A stretch of DNA of 64,000 nucleotides from positions 29,078,001 to 29,142,000 of the forward strand of contig NC_135759.1 of NCBI RefSeq assembly GCF_052425735.1. Reading direction: 5' to 3'. Position numbers and translations under genes: made by a program. The first letter of the stretch is position 1. Each line of letters starts with the position of its first letter. Below, in pieces: positions 36,148 to 49,548 of the stretch. The stretch is from Oculina patagonica (Eukaryota). The notes under the pieces were generated by a model, which worked only from the letters and a program-made list of their open reading frames with translations, was not told the origin of the DNA and did not search any database.

Positions 36148-36774
36148 TGCTAATTTTTTTTAGATTATTCTATATCGCCTGGAAAGGAAAAAGAAAGAAA
36201 GAAATTAAACAGCTAATAGTATTTTTTGAAAGAGTTTTCTAATGCAGCAGTTCCATACCTTGTTTGCAAAGGAAACTCGTTTAACGGGAACACCGTGAAG
36301 CCGGATGCAAGACCAAACTAAAACTGAACAAACATTAAAATCTTGGCTCTTTACAAAGAAAATTGTAGTAAGAATGTAATCTAATTGGCATCATGTATTA
36401 AGTATACCAACAGCCTTAAAACACCCTTAATTTTTACCAACTGCCTTAAAACACCCTTAATTTTTGCTTTAAGTGCTTACAACTCAAAAACGAGCTCGGT
36501 GAGCCAATTTCATTTTATCACTGGGTAATAATCAGCATGTAAATACGCAACATTTTGCAAAGGAAAATTAACACAAAGTTTCTACGTAGCGGTGTCAGAG
36601 CCGCCTTAAATTTTCGAAAATTTAGTAATATTTGAGATCATATTTGGTAAGTAAATAAATCTTGTTTAACTTGGAAATAAATTCTTATTTTCCAGTGACG
36701 GTTGCGGTGTTTTCCTTGCACTTTATCTAGAAAATCAATGCCCTAAGAAGTATACAAAGTCAATGTCAAGGACT

Positions 36775-36915
36775 ACTGGAGAACGATATTCTTCGCCCCA
36801 GTTATAGTAAAATTCATGGAGATTTAAGGAACCTTGATATAACGAAACCTCGATTAATAACAAACATATTTTTTCAGTCCCTTGACCCTTCTTTATTATC
36901 AAGGTTTCATTGCAA
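36775..36915. mobile_element. Degenerate Tc1/mariner-type MITE fragment
   Basis: Repeated aacct(t/c)gatataacgaa motif and a terminal tcaaggtttcattg. Confidence 0.4.
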
Positions 36916-37101
36916 ATACACAAGTAGAAACAATTCCAAGAAAAGCAACAATTCCAAATAATGTTGAAATCAGTACATTAAAAAAAGGTTTCTGCTAGAG
37001 AGTTCTGTTATTTTTTAAAATTTACTTATAGGAAATACATACCGTTATAACCGCTTACCTTCTTTATTTTAGTTCGACCGTGGTAACCAGGGGCAGCTGC
37101 G

Positions 37102-37376
37102 TTTACAGAATAACGAAGTAAATATAATTTGGAATACCTTAACGAATCTATTTAAACGCAAACTTTGATTATTTTCCTCAATATAAAACAAACCCCAAAT
37201 CAATCATTATTTCATGTAATCACACATTTACAGAAGTAACGTTAAATATAATTTGGAATAGCTAACGGACTCTATTCAAATGCAAACTTGTTTTGATGGT
37301 ATTACCTCAATAAAAACTAATTTTAGTGGTTAATCCCCAAATCAATTTTATTTCATACAATCACACATTTAGAGAA
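37102..37376. repeat. Tandem duplication, about 125/140-bp units
   Basis: Two copies of tttacagaa..taaatataatttggaata..ccccaaatcaat..aatcacaca. Confidence 0.85.
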
Positions 37377-39403
37377 TTAACCTAGACGGCGCGAGTTAAT
37401 TTTTAATAAGTTTATAAGGGCGTTAAAGAAGGTCGCTGGAACTTTATCGTTTCACAATACGGATGTTTAGATTAAAAATTATTTGATAAAAGTTGACACT
37501 GGCTTAAAATATGTACAGGACGTTTCGGCTACTGCTGTAGCCTTCCAGCAATAGAGAGGTTAAGCATGACGTTTACGGCAAACGGCAAACGGCAAAAATG
37601 AAACTAGCCGTCTTCTTAGTTGTGTGTACAGAGATGAAACCATTTGTATTTGCAATGAATAGTGGGATACGATCAGTGTGAACGAAGAAGAAAAGAACCA
37701 AAATCAGAAGTTGCCGCCGGCCCGCCACGCCAACCCCAAGAAAACGGCGTTGGAAGGAAAAGTGAAAGGGGAGCGAAAAGGAGGGGAAATGGGGATAGGA
37801 AAGGAGTGTGGACGGGAGAAGTGGGCCACGTCGACAAGCACGAAGAGCGAAGGGAAGAGGTGGAGGGAGGGAACGGATGTCGAGAGGAGAAGAAGGTGGC
37901 GGAGGGCGAGCAGAAACAGACCCCCGCGAGACCCCTTAGTACATTACTGAGGGGGGGAAGGAGGGAAAAAAGCAGAAACAGAGCGCACCAGATTACGGAT
38001 GTTTTTTGATTACTTTCAATAACCGTCTTCGTCAAGATCAAAGTAAATAGTTAATTACAATTTTTCTTTAAATTACAACAAATTACAAAGTAGAAGGAAG
38101 CGAGATGGAATCACTTTAAGATTCAATTCGTCATTCTTTTTTATACATGCACCTCTCAAATGCGATACTGAAGAACATTTTATCATTATGGCAAATATTT
38201 GCATATTTTCAAAAGTACATTTCTTGTAAGGAATTTTTATTTTTGTTTGTATAAAACTTTTAAGTAATGCTGCTATAGTTAAATAAAAAAAAAATGTAAC
38301 TGTTGTCACATTACAAAGGACCGGACGGCGCTTAATAAACTTAGTTAGCAACCGGGCCGACAAAGGTAGTCATTTAGGGGAACGACTTACACCGACAAGA
38401 AGATTAATTTGATAGCTTATGACACCTCTTGAAGTCGACGATAGACTGTTATTTAGTGTTGGCGACCATGACCAATAGCTGGTGGATTTTCCCACCCTTT
38501 GGATATAGCCAACTGGTCTGCCTCCATCCATGCAAATTAACTACTGGTAATTGCGTTTAACCAATAAAGTTATGTTACTTCTTTGTAATCTACCGAAGTT
38601 CATAACTAAAATCAGCGTCTGCACGAAGGATATCCCTGTGAAGGAATAAAAAACGCCTAAACTATCTTAATAAATTTCAGTGACTAAATTTCAGTTCACG
38701 CTCTTGTTATACATAAACTTTTTTGAGATTACTGCTTATACAGAAATAATCAGCTTGTATAAACTGTTGTAATTATAAAAAGTCCTGTTCTGTGAAAAAA
38801 TGCTTTCTTCATCAGTTTAGTATGTAATTCTCAATCCCAGGCCCTTGAGCTTCCTATCTCCCTCCCCCGTTTTTCCAGTGTTGTTCGCAACGGTTGCAGG
38901 CCCGCTCACCCCACTTCATCAGCAGCATTTTCGTACAAAGCTGAGTCAGTTCAGTTGAATTAACATTTACTATTTGGAATCATCAAACATTAGATCGACA
39001 ATTTAACTGTGTTGGGTGATGACATATTTATCTTTCGAGGTAATTATTAACTCAGCATCTGCAACAGATTTGCATGGCAAATGTGGCATATTTGCGTTTC
39101 GCCTGTGTATTTTACGTCAACTTTGAGGCAAAATCTGCATAATGCCGAGTTTTAGAGCTTTTAAAACGTTTAAGCGTGCTACACTACAGTAGTGTTTCTT
39201 ATCCTAAGTCATTCAAATCAAAAGATGGTTTAACTAATATTTTTCAATAACGGCCATGGAGTCTCAGTTTGATGAAAAAATATAAAGTACATGTGCAAAC
39301 AGACGCCCAAGCAAGCAACCTTACTATTATATTTTGTATTGCCATGAGAGAGGATGTCTTGTGTCTAACAGCTAGTAGAACGTATTTAATCTGGGTTAGA
39401 AGT

Positions 39404-40450
39404 TTACTGTTTGTTTAAACTTGTTGTATTCCTCTTTAGGGCTACCATGCAGATGCGCGTCGTAGCAAATTCCGCTCGCAAATCACTTTTGAACAAAATA
39501 AATACGATCGGATTTATTGCAGGGTTGAAAATCATAAAGAGCCACGTGATTCTAACAAATGTCAATGGTACATTGCACAGTCCGAGATACCGGCAAAATG
39601 ATGCGTACAAGGACAAAGACCAACATACAAGAAAAATTGTTATAACTGCAATAATTACTTTTACGGAAGATCTCTTCAATCGCCCTCGCTGTATCTTTTT
39701 TCGAAATTCTTTATTGCTTCTTACTTCTAGTCTTGAAAACGAACGATGACCACTGAATGAGTTTTCTTGAGAATCTACATGTACCTTAGTTTGCCTTGTA
39801 TTGTCTTTGTAGACAGCCCTTTTCTCACGCTCGCTCGGACCACTGGATGAAGTTAAAATGGATCCAATTTTATTGAAGTTTATTCCATGCAATTGAGCTA
39901 TGGTTCTTTTTGAATGCAACCTGGCTACCTGGATTATCTGTACATTTGCCACCATTAACAAAATGCAAGGAATGGCCACCATGAAAATCGTTTCCATAAT
40001 GGTAAAAATGCGAAACCATGTCGTTCTTGTTGCAGGGTCTGCATAGAGCCAAGAGAAGTGAAGACCAAAATTCACAATGGGTATTCCCCACGAAATTGCA
40101 ATCGTCTTCACGGAACCAGCCGTAGTCATACAATTTGGATACTTCAAAGGGTAAACAATGGCAATATAGCGATCAACTGTCACTGCACACAGATTAAAAA
40201 TTGATTCGTACAGAAAGAGTTCTTCGAAGGCACTTTTTAGATAAACGTCACACGTTTCTAACTTCTTACATGCAATGTATAATGGTGTGATGATCAAACC
40301 AACCAAGAGATCACTGACAGCAAGCGATAGAATAAGCCAGTTGGTGGTATTGTGAAGTTTCGCTCTTGTTGTGATCATCCAAACGACGAGTCCGTTTCCT
40401 ATTATTGCAATGATACTGATAGTCAGACTTGTACACATGTACCAAGACAT
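39404..40450 (-). CDS. Orphan class A GPCR, intronless CDS, long ICL3 and acidic TM3
   Basis: GN, LAVSD, DRY, NPAINPIVF, FKSDLRAEF; almost no N-terminal extension. Confidence 0.95.
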   Translation of the reverse strand: MSWYMCTSLTISIIAIIGNGLVVWMITTRAKLHNTTNWLILSLAVSDLLVGLIITPLYIACKKLETCDVYLKSAFEELFLYESIFNLCAVTVDRYIAIVYPLKYPNCMTTAGSVKTIAISWGIPIVNFGLHFSWLYADPATRTTWFRIFTIMETIFMVAIPCILLMVANVQIIQVARLHSKRTIAQLHGINFNKIGSILTSSSGPSEREKRAVYKDNTRQTKVHVDSQENSFSGHRSFSRLEVRSNKEFRKKIQRGRLKRSSVKVIIAVITIFLVCWSLSLYASFCRYLGLCNVPLTFVRITWLFMIFNPAINPIVFILFKSDLRAEFATTRICMVALKRNTTSLNKQ

Positions 40451-42083
40451 TGTCGTCCGCTGCTTTGGTTTGTTTAAAGTGCATAAATCAGTTCTATTTT
40501 ATACGCAACGAAATAAACTGCTGCTTGAATTGTTACAATGGGAAGGTTTGATAGTCAATGGAAGTCGCCTGTTAACCTATGTCTTGTTGTAGCTGTATTA
40601 GGAGCGGCGAGTTCTTCTTGTAAGTCACTATACGGCTGAGTCACATTTGAATATTGACTTCGAAAAGCAATTTTAACTAAGTACACAGAATTTTACTATT
40701 TGGTTAAAACACCTGCAAAAACAATTTCTTTCTACTTCAGTTCTAGTACTTTACCGCGACGTATAAAAAAGGCTAAGGCCTGCTCCAATCACTCTTAAAG
40801 AAATTACTTTTTTTTATTTTACTTTAATCACCTACAGAATTGCCCCCGACTTATTCAATATTATGATCTGCTACTATAAAATCAAGTTTTCAGTTCATGA
40901 CAAATACATGTGAAGACAGACGCTTATTTGTTCATGCCCATCTCGTATTTATAGATTTTCTGTCAGTTTGTCAGCTCTGCACATTCGAAATTTAAATTTT
41001 GTTTTGCGTTATCGTCGCATTTTAATAAAAAAAAAATCGATTTTAAAATAAAAGTAACAGTCTTTTTTTCTGATTATCTTGTCGATCCAAGTATGTTGTG
41101 ACTTATACAAATAATTATAAAAAAATCTGAGTCGACTATAGCGTATATATTAATTTGTCACAAGCTAAAACCAAACCATATATTTCTATTTTTTTTTTTT
41201 GGTGTAGCTGAGGTCATTGTGATTCATAAGGAACTTTAAAAATCAATCAGTAAGTCGATTTGAGTAGTTTTCTACATGATATGTACCGGCAAAACTATCA
41301 ATTGAATGAAGACTAAAAATCAAACGCGATTGTTCGGTTCATGTTGTTTAATGGTTTATGTTAATATTGCACTTCCTAGCAAGATCGGTTAGTTATTATG
41401 GTCATGTTATTAATTTGCTCAAATAAATCAAGTCGGATTGAAAACAACCAATTGCAAAATATGCTAAAATTAAACGCTACACGAAAAAATTAAATCCGTG
41501 ATCAGGGTGTCTAAAACATTTAGCAGATCGGCCGAAACTTTGGCAAATACCAAGATCAAAATTAATACTTGGACGCCTACGGAAAAAAATCGAAAGCTCT
41601 TCGAGAGAGAGTCGAAAATCTTCGGCCGATCTTCGTGAGCGGATACTTTGTAATTCTTTGATCTTTTCAAAATAGTCCTGAAAAGGCATGAGGTAATTTA
41701 GCCACACAGTATTTTCTTTGGCTGTGAAATTTCCTTTTGTATTTATTATATTAATTATAAGTACAACCTAATTAAAGTTGTTTGTAAAATTAAAAAGGAA
41801 ATTTTTAAAATGGGGGGGGGGGGAAAAAAAAAATTTAAAGGGGGATAATTGTTTATTATTCAACGAATTGCCAACAGAAAATATTTTAGAGCTAACTATA
41901 CTGTGTTTATGTTGCGCTTTGCAAGACTTTGAGACAATTCTACTTATATTTCAGGATTTCTGTTTTATTCGGGTAACGGATAAAAATAATAACTATGGGC
42001 ATCGTGACAATTTGTTGCATAATAATAATTATGAAACATGAACAACTTGATCAAAAAACGCCTAAGAAAGATTTATATATTAA

Positions 42084-42563
42084 ATAGACTTAGCCAAGCA
42101 GAGCTCCCTGTTATTTACTTTGCCGTTTTTGTAAATCCGAAGTTATTGACCGTTGACAGAAAAATATATACTTGAGCCCGCGATCCAATACAAGCCATAA
42201 CTTGGTCAGCGGACATTTTTAAAAAACATTCGGCCTCGACGAATTTTATATCTGATATGGTCATGTGATACTAGTCAGCGGATACCTTGTTTTGAAAGCT
42301 GTCAATTGACCATAACATGAATTTCCAGTATCAAAGATGTAAGCTGACGTTACCTTAACCTTACCCTATTTTTGGAGTATGACCGCCATTATTTAAATAA
42401 ATAAATAAAGAGAGGCGACGTACGTTGTCGCTAGGCGCACGCGCCCGCTAACCATGCCGCTAGCCATGATGACCATGAAATTCCAAAAGCATGGTTCTGT
42501 AAACTTTCTATGGATAAGGGGCTTTGCTCTGCAGCCTTTCGGGCCGCTGGTAGCTTCGCTAAA
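42084..42563. repeat. Probable interspersed repeat, class unresolved
   Basis: Non-coding segment from tagacttagccaag to gcttcgctaaaa with an internal repeat (gtcagcgga x2). Recognised only by resemblance to abundant coral repeats. Confidence 0.4.
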
Positions 42564-44251
42564 AGTGTCTTTTTTAAATGCAAAGTTTTAATTTAAAAAA
42601 CTGGGACTAAAATGCTGCTTCTAATTAATCTCTAATGGCAGAGTCAGCCATGGTGTTAGGGATGCCTTCGAAAACTATCTTGCAATCTTAGATTATTTGA
42701 AATTTCTGCATGATGAACGTTGCCGCGAGATCGTGGACAAAAACACAAAAAATAAGCCATTCGCATAATATAGTAAAAAGAGTCGAGCAACTATTTTCAT
42801 ATCGACGTTTTGTATTATTGTTGTTGGTGCTGGGAATTTATCTGTGAACACTTAAAATAGCACGTTTAATTTTCTGCTGATTTACATATACTTCAATTAC
42901 TGTCGAGGTTTTGTCTTGTTTACGTTAGCATAAAAGAAGTATGCTTGTTATGTCTGCTTAGCAAAAAGCCTAAGTAAAATAGAAAAAAATAAGCTTTTAC
43001 AATAAACAACTCTAGTGTAAAAGCAGGGTTAACTATTGCTATTGTGATGGATTTGAAATTATGAAGTGCACGTAAATAAACAAAAAAAAAAACATAAAGC
43101 AATCATACTTTTGTACCACAAATGTTCAGTCCATCTTCAATATCTTCAATTGAATACTTCTTTAGTGCCATACAATTACTACCTTTTTTTTCTGCTGTTT
43201 CTTTTGCAGGTGAGAAACATCTGCCACATCAAGCTATCACTCTAAAGCTGACATTCTTTAAAGATGGCGGCCTTTTATGTTCTTTAGGATTAATTAACTT
43301 TGATTTAAATCACTGGTAATATACAACTACTGTCAACACATAAAATAAGAGTTAGAGGTTCTACTAATCTGCCTCAACTTGAAATTTTCTCTTCTCTTTC
43401 AATTCCCGGGCTTTGTTGAATGCCCGCTAATTTGAAGCTTACAATGTTAGTGTTAGTTTGTTTTTCTCTTTGGTTTACAGTTCCTGAAAGTTTCTTGGAC
43501 AACTACCAAATTCATTTTATTTAAAATTTCAAGTAAGCGCTATACTATTTTTGCAATCTAAGATAACGATCATGTGATTTATCTTGCTGTTATATGATAA
43601 CTTCATAAAATATTTCTTAATGGACTTTTTATCTTTATTGAGCCTTTTTATTTTTTGTGGCCTACGCATCAAGAAAATATATTTCTATAAAAAGATGTTT
43701 TGGAAAAAATCGTCCAGTTTTACCTCTTTAACTGTGAAAAGAGCGTACAACAAATGCGACTAAAAATTAAAACGTATATTAAAAAAGCCTTTTCATAAAA
43801 TGACCGTTTACAAATTTATTTAATTTTTTTCCGACACATTCAAATTTGATCTATATGCCAAGCGTACACACTTCAAAAACAATAAGTAATTTCAATTTCA
43901 ATACCTTTTCTAGGGCCCTTTTTAGCTGTTCCATTATTTGAGAGGGGGCGGTCGCTGTTGATTTTATACAGGTGTCGAGAAGTGCTGATAAATATACTAA
44001 CAAATCCACCAGTACTAGTATAAATCATTAAACATTTGATCGAGATCATGGCATCGTGACGACGACTAACCGTTGCCGATGAAGAATGGACAATTTATCC
44101 TTCTTTATACCGAAAAGGCAAGGGTTCGATTTACTCGTTGTATAGAATTTTCTTTGTTAAAAAGGGACGTTCAGTTGAGATGGTAACTGACTAAAGTAAG
44201 TGGATTGCAAATATATCAAGGAAACGTAATTTTTTTTTATGAAAAGCTGTG

Positions 44252-45250
44252 ATGATGAAAAACGAGACCTTTACCAACGCTGAATCAAACAACAACAGTT
44301 CAAGTTCGTTGCCACTCTACTACTTCGTCCTCGCACCGCTTATAGCGTTCGTTGCCGTGCTTGGAAATGGAATAGTGATCTACCTCATTTGCACAAGAAG
44401 GCGACTCCATGTAATGACTAACTACTTTGTAGTTTCTCTTGCTGCGGCAGATTTCTTGGTAGGCCTGTTTCTTCCTAGTTTTATCATCGCTTGTAATTTT
44501 TGGTCGGACTGTGAAATCACTATTTACAACATGTTCTTTAACCTGTTCACCTTAGTCTCAATAGCGAATTTATTTGTCATGACAGTCGACCGATATATAT
44601 CCATAGTTCATCCATTGCGTTATCAGTCGTATGCCACTTCCAAGCGACTAGTTGGTGCTATGTTAGCATCCTGGATCATTCCAGCCCTGCTATCGTTCTC
44701 TCCTCTCTTCTGGAAATATTCAAGCTCAGAGAAAGTCAAGAGTTCGGCAACAAAGGTTCACGCATTTATTGTTATAACTGTATTCGAACTTGTACCCACG
44801 GTTGTCATGCCAGCAATGTACATGCATATTTTTCGCACCGCAAGAAAACACGCACGGCAGGTCGCAGTGCAAAGAACACAACTTGAGTTCAACAGCACAC
44901 ACAGTGAAGTTTTCAGTGAAAAGAATACGCTTGAAATGACAGCACCAACAAGCAAAAGAATTTCTTATGCCTCACAGCAAAAGAAAGGGGAAAGGACGAC
45001 CGATGGATCAAGCATTGCCGTGTTGGGAGCTGTTATCGGTCTTTTTGTTTTGTGTTGGTCGTTTGATACCGTTATTTCGTTTTGCAGTAAATTAGAATTA
45101 TGCGTTATAAATGATGGCCTTTTTAGGGTATCCGACCTGTTGATTTTTGTGAATTCTGCTATTAATCCACTCGTTTATGCCTTTTTGAAGAAGGACATTA
45201 AACGAGAACTTAATGTTGTTTGCCGCTGTACCTTAAGAGAAAATGAGTGA
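44252..45250 (+). CDS. Orphan class A GPCR, intronless CDS
   Basis: ATG 44252 (MMKNETF); GN, LAAAD, DRY, NSAINPLVY, LKKDIKREL. Confidence 0.95.
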   Translation: MMKNETFTNAESNNNSSSSLPLYYFVLAPLIAFVAVLGNGIVIYLICTRRRLHVMTNYFVVSLAAADFLVGLFLPSFIIACNFWSDCEITIYNMFFNLFTLVSIANLFVMTVDRYISIVHPLRYQSYATSKRLVGAMLASWIIPALLSFSPLFWKYSSSEKVKSSATKVHAFIVITVFELVPTVVMPAMYMHIFRTARKHARQVAVQRTQLEFNSTHSEVFSEKNTLEMTAPTSKRISYASQQKKGERTTDGSSIAVLGAVIGLFVLCWSFDTVISFCSKLELCVINDGLFRVSDLLIFVNSAINPLVYAFLKKDIKRELNVVCRCTLRENE

Positions 45251-46580
45251 AAAGCGATACTTTGTTATTCACGAAGGCTTCCCGTTAATTATCTTCACTG
45301 CATTCAGTGATTCCAGTTGTTCCGACACTTGTCATGATGAAAATTTTCATAAAAACACATCTAAATTACCTTTATTTATTATTATTATTATTATTTTTTT
45401 AAATTGCCTATGTTTTTTTATTTATTATATTATTTAAATCTTAAAAATAAAGCAGATCTGAGTTTGAATATGATCACAAAAGTAATCGGTATTACCAATT
45501 CAACAAAAACAATGACAATTTGATTGTTTTGACAAAAAAGGTAATTCAAGAGTGGAAAACAACGGAAAAGAAATGGACATTTTGTTTAAAAGAATATATC
45601 GCTTGCGTTTATCGTAACTTCACGGCCAATTTTTAACTTTGCAGTTAATGAATAAAAGAAATGTCGCATCTGACTAAGTGTTATGTCAATTACTTAGCTG
45701 TAACTTGAAATTTCCGTATTCATAACCACGCAATTAGTAAGTGTATAAAGAAAACAGAAATGCATTAAAAAACTTGAAACTTTCGGAACCTGCGCCTGAG
45801 CACATTTTAACGCCCTAAGGGATTAATACTGTTTGCAGACCTATGCCTGAATGGTCTATAAATTATTAATTATATGCCATTCAAAGATGAGGGCTCATGC
45901 AGTTGCGTATGCCACGTTTTAGAATTGACATTTCTTCTGTTGGCTCCAATTTTGTCAGTAACTAATGCTTCAAATTAAAATTTTTTCCTAGCTAGCTATA
46001 GTCGAAATTGAATAACAGCGATGCCTAACTTATCCTCTGGCATCGTTGCAAAAATTCCACCATTTGACTCCATTTTTGTGTGTTACAATACGCACAATTT
46101 TTAACAAAAAACATATGATAAAAGAGATTAGTCCCTTCTGCAACTTTACCCGGTAAATATAGCACGAGATTAACTTAAGGTTTGAATATTATTCAAGTTG
46201 TACATGAAATTTCCATGACCTTTGTCAACAGCATTTAATAACTTGGAAGTTTTGTATAGTTCATTACTTTTTTATTATAGCCATCTGCAAAATTAGAAGG
46301 ATGAGCATTATCTTGAAAGTTTTAGCTGTCAATCTCAGACACTAATTAACATCAGTTAGGCAATTTTCATAACATTGCATTTCTTTTTTCATCCCTTTTC
46401 CGTATGTTTACTTATACCGAGAAATAATTCATTGATATAGGTAAACTTGCACATGTTTGTTTCTTCTAAATTATGTTTTAATTAAACACTTTGATCGATT
46501 ATTTAAGACGTCATATAGTAATCAGTGAGATCTAATCAGCACCGCTTCGAAAAAGAAGCAGAGAAAACTTCTTCAGTACA

Positions 46581-49516
46581 TTACAGACACGAGTTCTTGA
46601 TAATCACATCTGTGCATATTTTGCAGCTGCATGGCTCATCAACACTGGCTTTGCAATTACAAAATCTCTTCTGGTACGTTGCTTCTCTTTTGTAACCACG
46701 ACCACAGCACATAAAGGTGCAATCATCTTCCTTGTGAGTGTTTCTTTGGCACCGGCGGCCGCGTGTTCCCGAAATGTTGTACTCATCTTGGCGGTAACAG
46801 TAAGAGGGGGACTGATTGAGGTAAGCCAGGGAAGACTTTTTTGGTTTTTTGCCATTAGGTCGGCCATTGTATTTCCCAACGGCTCGTAGATAAAACGACC
46901 TTTTTCGTTCTCGCCTTTTGGCAATGACCCTGGTAGCTTTATAATATTTTGCTTTAAGAATCCGGCTGATCTTTTGGAGTGATGGTAAAGTTAAGTGACA
47001 CGACTTTACTCTGCCTGATTTTCCCACCGTGCATTTGACCACTCTATTTTCATTTAATGCCTGATGAAAGTGAAAAGAAATCATTCAAAAATGAATGAAA
47101 TGAACTCGTCTTCCAATATAGAGAGAATTTAACAAGTTAAATATGTATTTTCTCGAATTTATTAAACTTTTTATTCCTGTACCAAAAGAGGGAAATTATT
47201 CGAGGAAAACCAATTAATCAAGGGAGCGATTATTTCAAATATTTCAAGTCCCGGCTTATTTGAACACGCACAGAGTGCTTATACTGATTGCCAATCAGCT
47301 TTTAGAGCATTAAAGTCTGAGTCTGCGCACAAAGACTAGAAGTCAGTGTATCGCGGACTTTTCTATTGGAATTTTCTATTTCTCAATTGCCCATAATACA
47401 TTTTGTTTCCCCCCCCCCCCCCCCCAAAAAAATTTTGCATAAACTATTGTTTTCAAATTCTCTTGGGAGGACTGCATATTTCCAAAACAATAGTTTATGC
47501 AAAATTTGGGGGGCAAACAAAGTGCATTATGGGCAATTGGCCATGGAAAATAGAGAATAGGCCGAGACTTTGCTAGAGCCTGCGTTCTTGTTGCTGACCA
47601 AAAAAGCGGGCTCTGGGAACAAGATTGTTGAAACCTAAGAAAAAGTGACTGATCTTACTGGCCATGATATACTCTAAACCAGTTATCTTCTCAATCCATT
47701 TTATTCATTACTCCTTACTGTTGCTTCGATAAAATTATATGAGACGTGCAGATGAATTATGAGTTGACCGTTTCAATGCCAACAAAATAAAAAGAAACGC
47801 AACCAGGAACCTGAAAGTTCTAACAACATCGAGAATATGATCTGCATACGCAAAACCCTTTCTTCAGTATCCCCTGCTTTCTTTTCACAGTCCGTCGCAT
47901 CATATTACAAGAGTGAGAAAAGTTTCTAGATTATTAGTTGCATTATTATACTTACCTCAAGTCCAACTCTAACATTTTGTTTCATTATTGTGTTCATCTC
48001 ACTGTTGTTGCCTCTCCCACTCAACATAAACCGCTCGGCAGAGTAAGTTCCAAATCGCACGTTTTCACTGCACCCCCGCCATTTCCAGGATTGACCATTC
48101 AAAGGGCGTTTGACTCCCTCGCAGCTGCATTCCGTTACATCTTTTGCTGTGCAGGCCTTCGCCACGCTGAAAGCTATTGCTGCTGACAGTAATGCGGTGG
48201 TAAAAGCTGCTTCTTTGGTTCCATCTGTAGAGGGAGATTATAATAATAATATATGTTTTTAGAAGGCTTTCCCTGGAATTAAAACCTGAAGAATCACTCA
48301 TAGGCATTAGTTAGACTCAACCTTAATTAAAGCTGTCATGGTTCTATTTTAATTTAAGTTTACCGATACGGTTACGATGCTGCCTACAAAGATAACCTAT
48401 ATTCTCCTCTTTTATTATAGCCCTTCCGTCTACCTAAATTTAACAAGAAGGAACCCTTTTGGGAAAACAGTAGTAAATTTAAGGATAATAGTTTCACAAA
48501 CTTAGACTCGAAACAGGTAGATAGGACAAAATACCTCGTAATAAAAGACTATGTAACGTCTACAATTGCAACAAAATTGAAGGATGAAACTTACTTTTTG
48601 TTAGATTGCCAAAGCTATTCTCCTATACGAGACATATTCTTCTCTAAAATAGAACCTAAAACCCCATGCTACGATTATTATCACATGAAACCTTATTATC
48701 ACTTCGTATGAATTCCACTGACTGCTTTATAAACATTCAGCTACCCAATTTTATTTATATCGGCGTGCTTTGAATTGAGAGACAATCTCTTTACAATGTT
48801 CACCCCTTGAATGGTTAAAAATGGAGGGGAGATTTGGGTGTCGGGTGCCGAGTGTGGGGGTCTCTGACGATTATTGTAATTCTTTTTATTTTATTTTACT
48901 CTGATGAGATTTGACGCCAGGCAGGCTGCCGGAGCAGGTCCGCTCCCTTTCTGGCCGGTGGCTTGAGTCTTATTGTTTGGAAGCCTTGTCTTCTGTTTTA
49001 CTAGTTATCTTAGTTAATTGGGGGAAATAACAAGTAAAGCTGGCTTTTGCAATAGGGCTTCTGTATTCTGATTTACTTGGTTGGGTCCTTATTTTCTTTT
49101 TCGAAGTCGATGACGTCATCATGCAGTCCTCTTCTCCTTTTTTTTTTTCTTTTTTTTTTTCTTTTTTTTTTCCTATCTCTTTTTTCCTTTTCCTTTTTAT
49201 AAAGCTTGTTATTGTTGCCTCAACAAAGTTAAAACACAATATAACAAGGGTTACATGTTTCTATACCGCGTGTTTTCCTTTTTTTCTTTTTGGTTTCTAA
49301 TTAACTCTCCACTACCAGTTGGGCGTCTGTTGTATTATTACGATATGAATAATTAATGAGTTTGAAAAAAGAAATGCTCTGCGTTAGTCATAACTAGCCG
49401 CAGCAGCAGCGAAAAAGCTGTAAAAGATGCAGATGCAGCAGCAAAAATAACAACACGAACAAGAACAAGAACAACATTCGACGACAATGACGACGACGAT
49501 GGCAGCGGCGAAGAGC

Positions 49517-49548
<32 letters not shown>

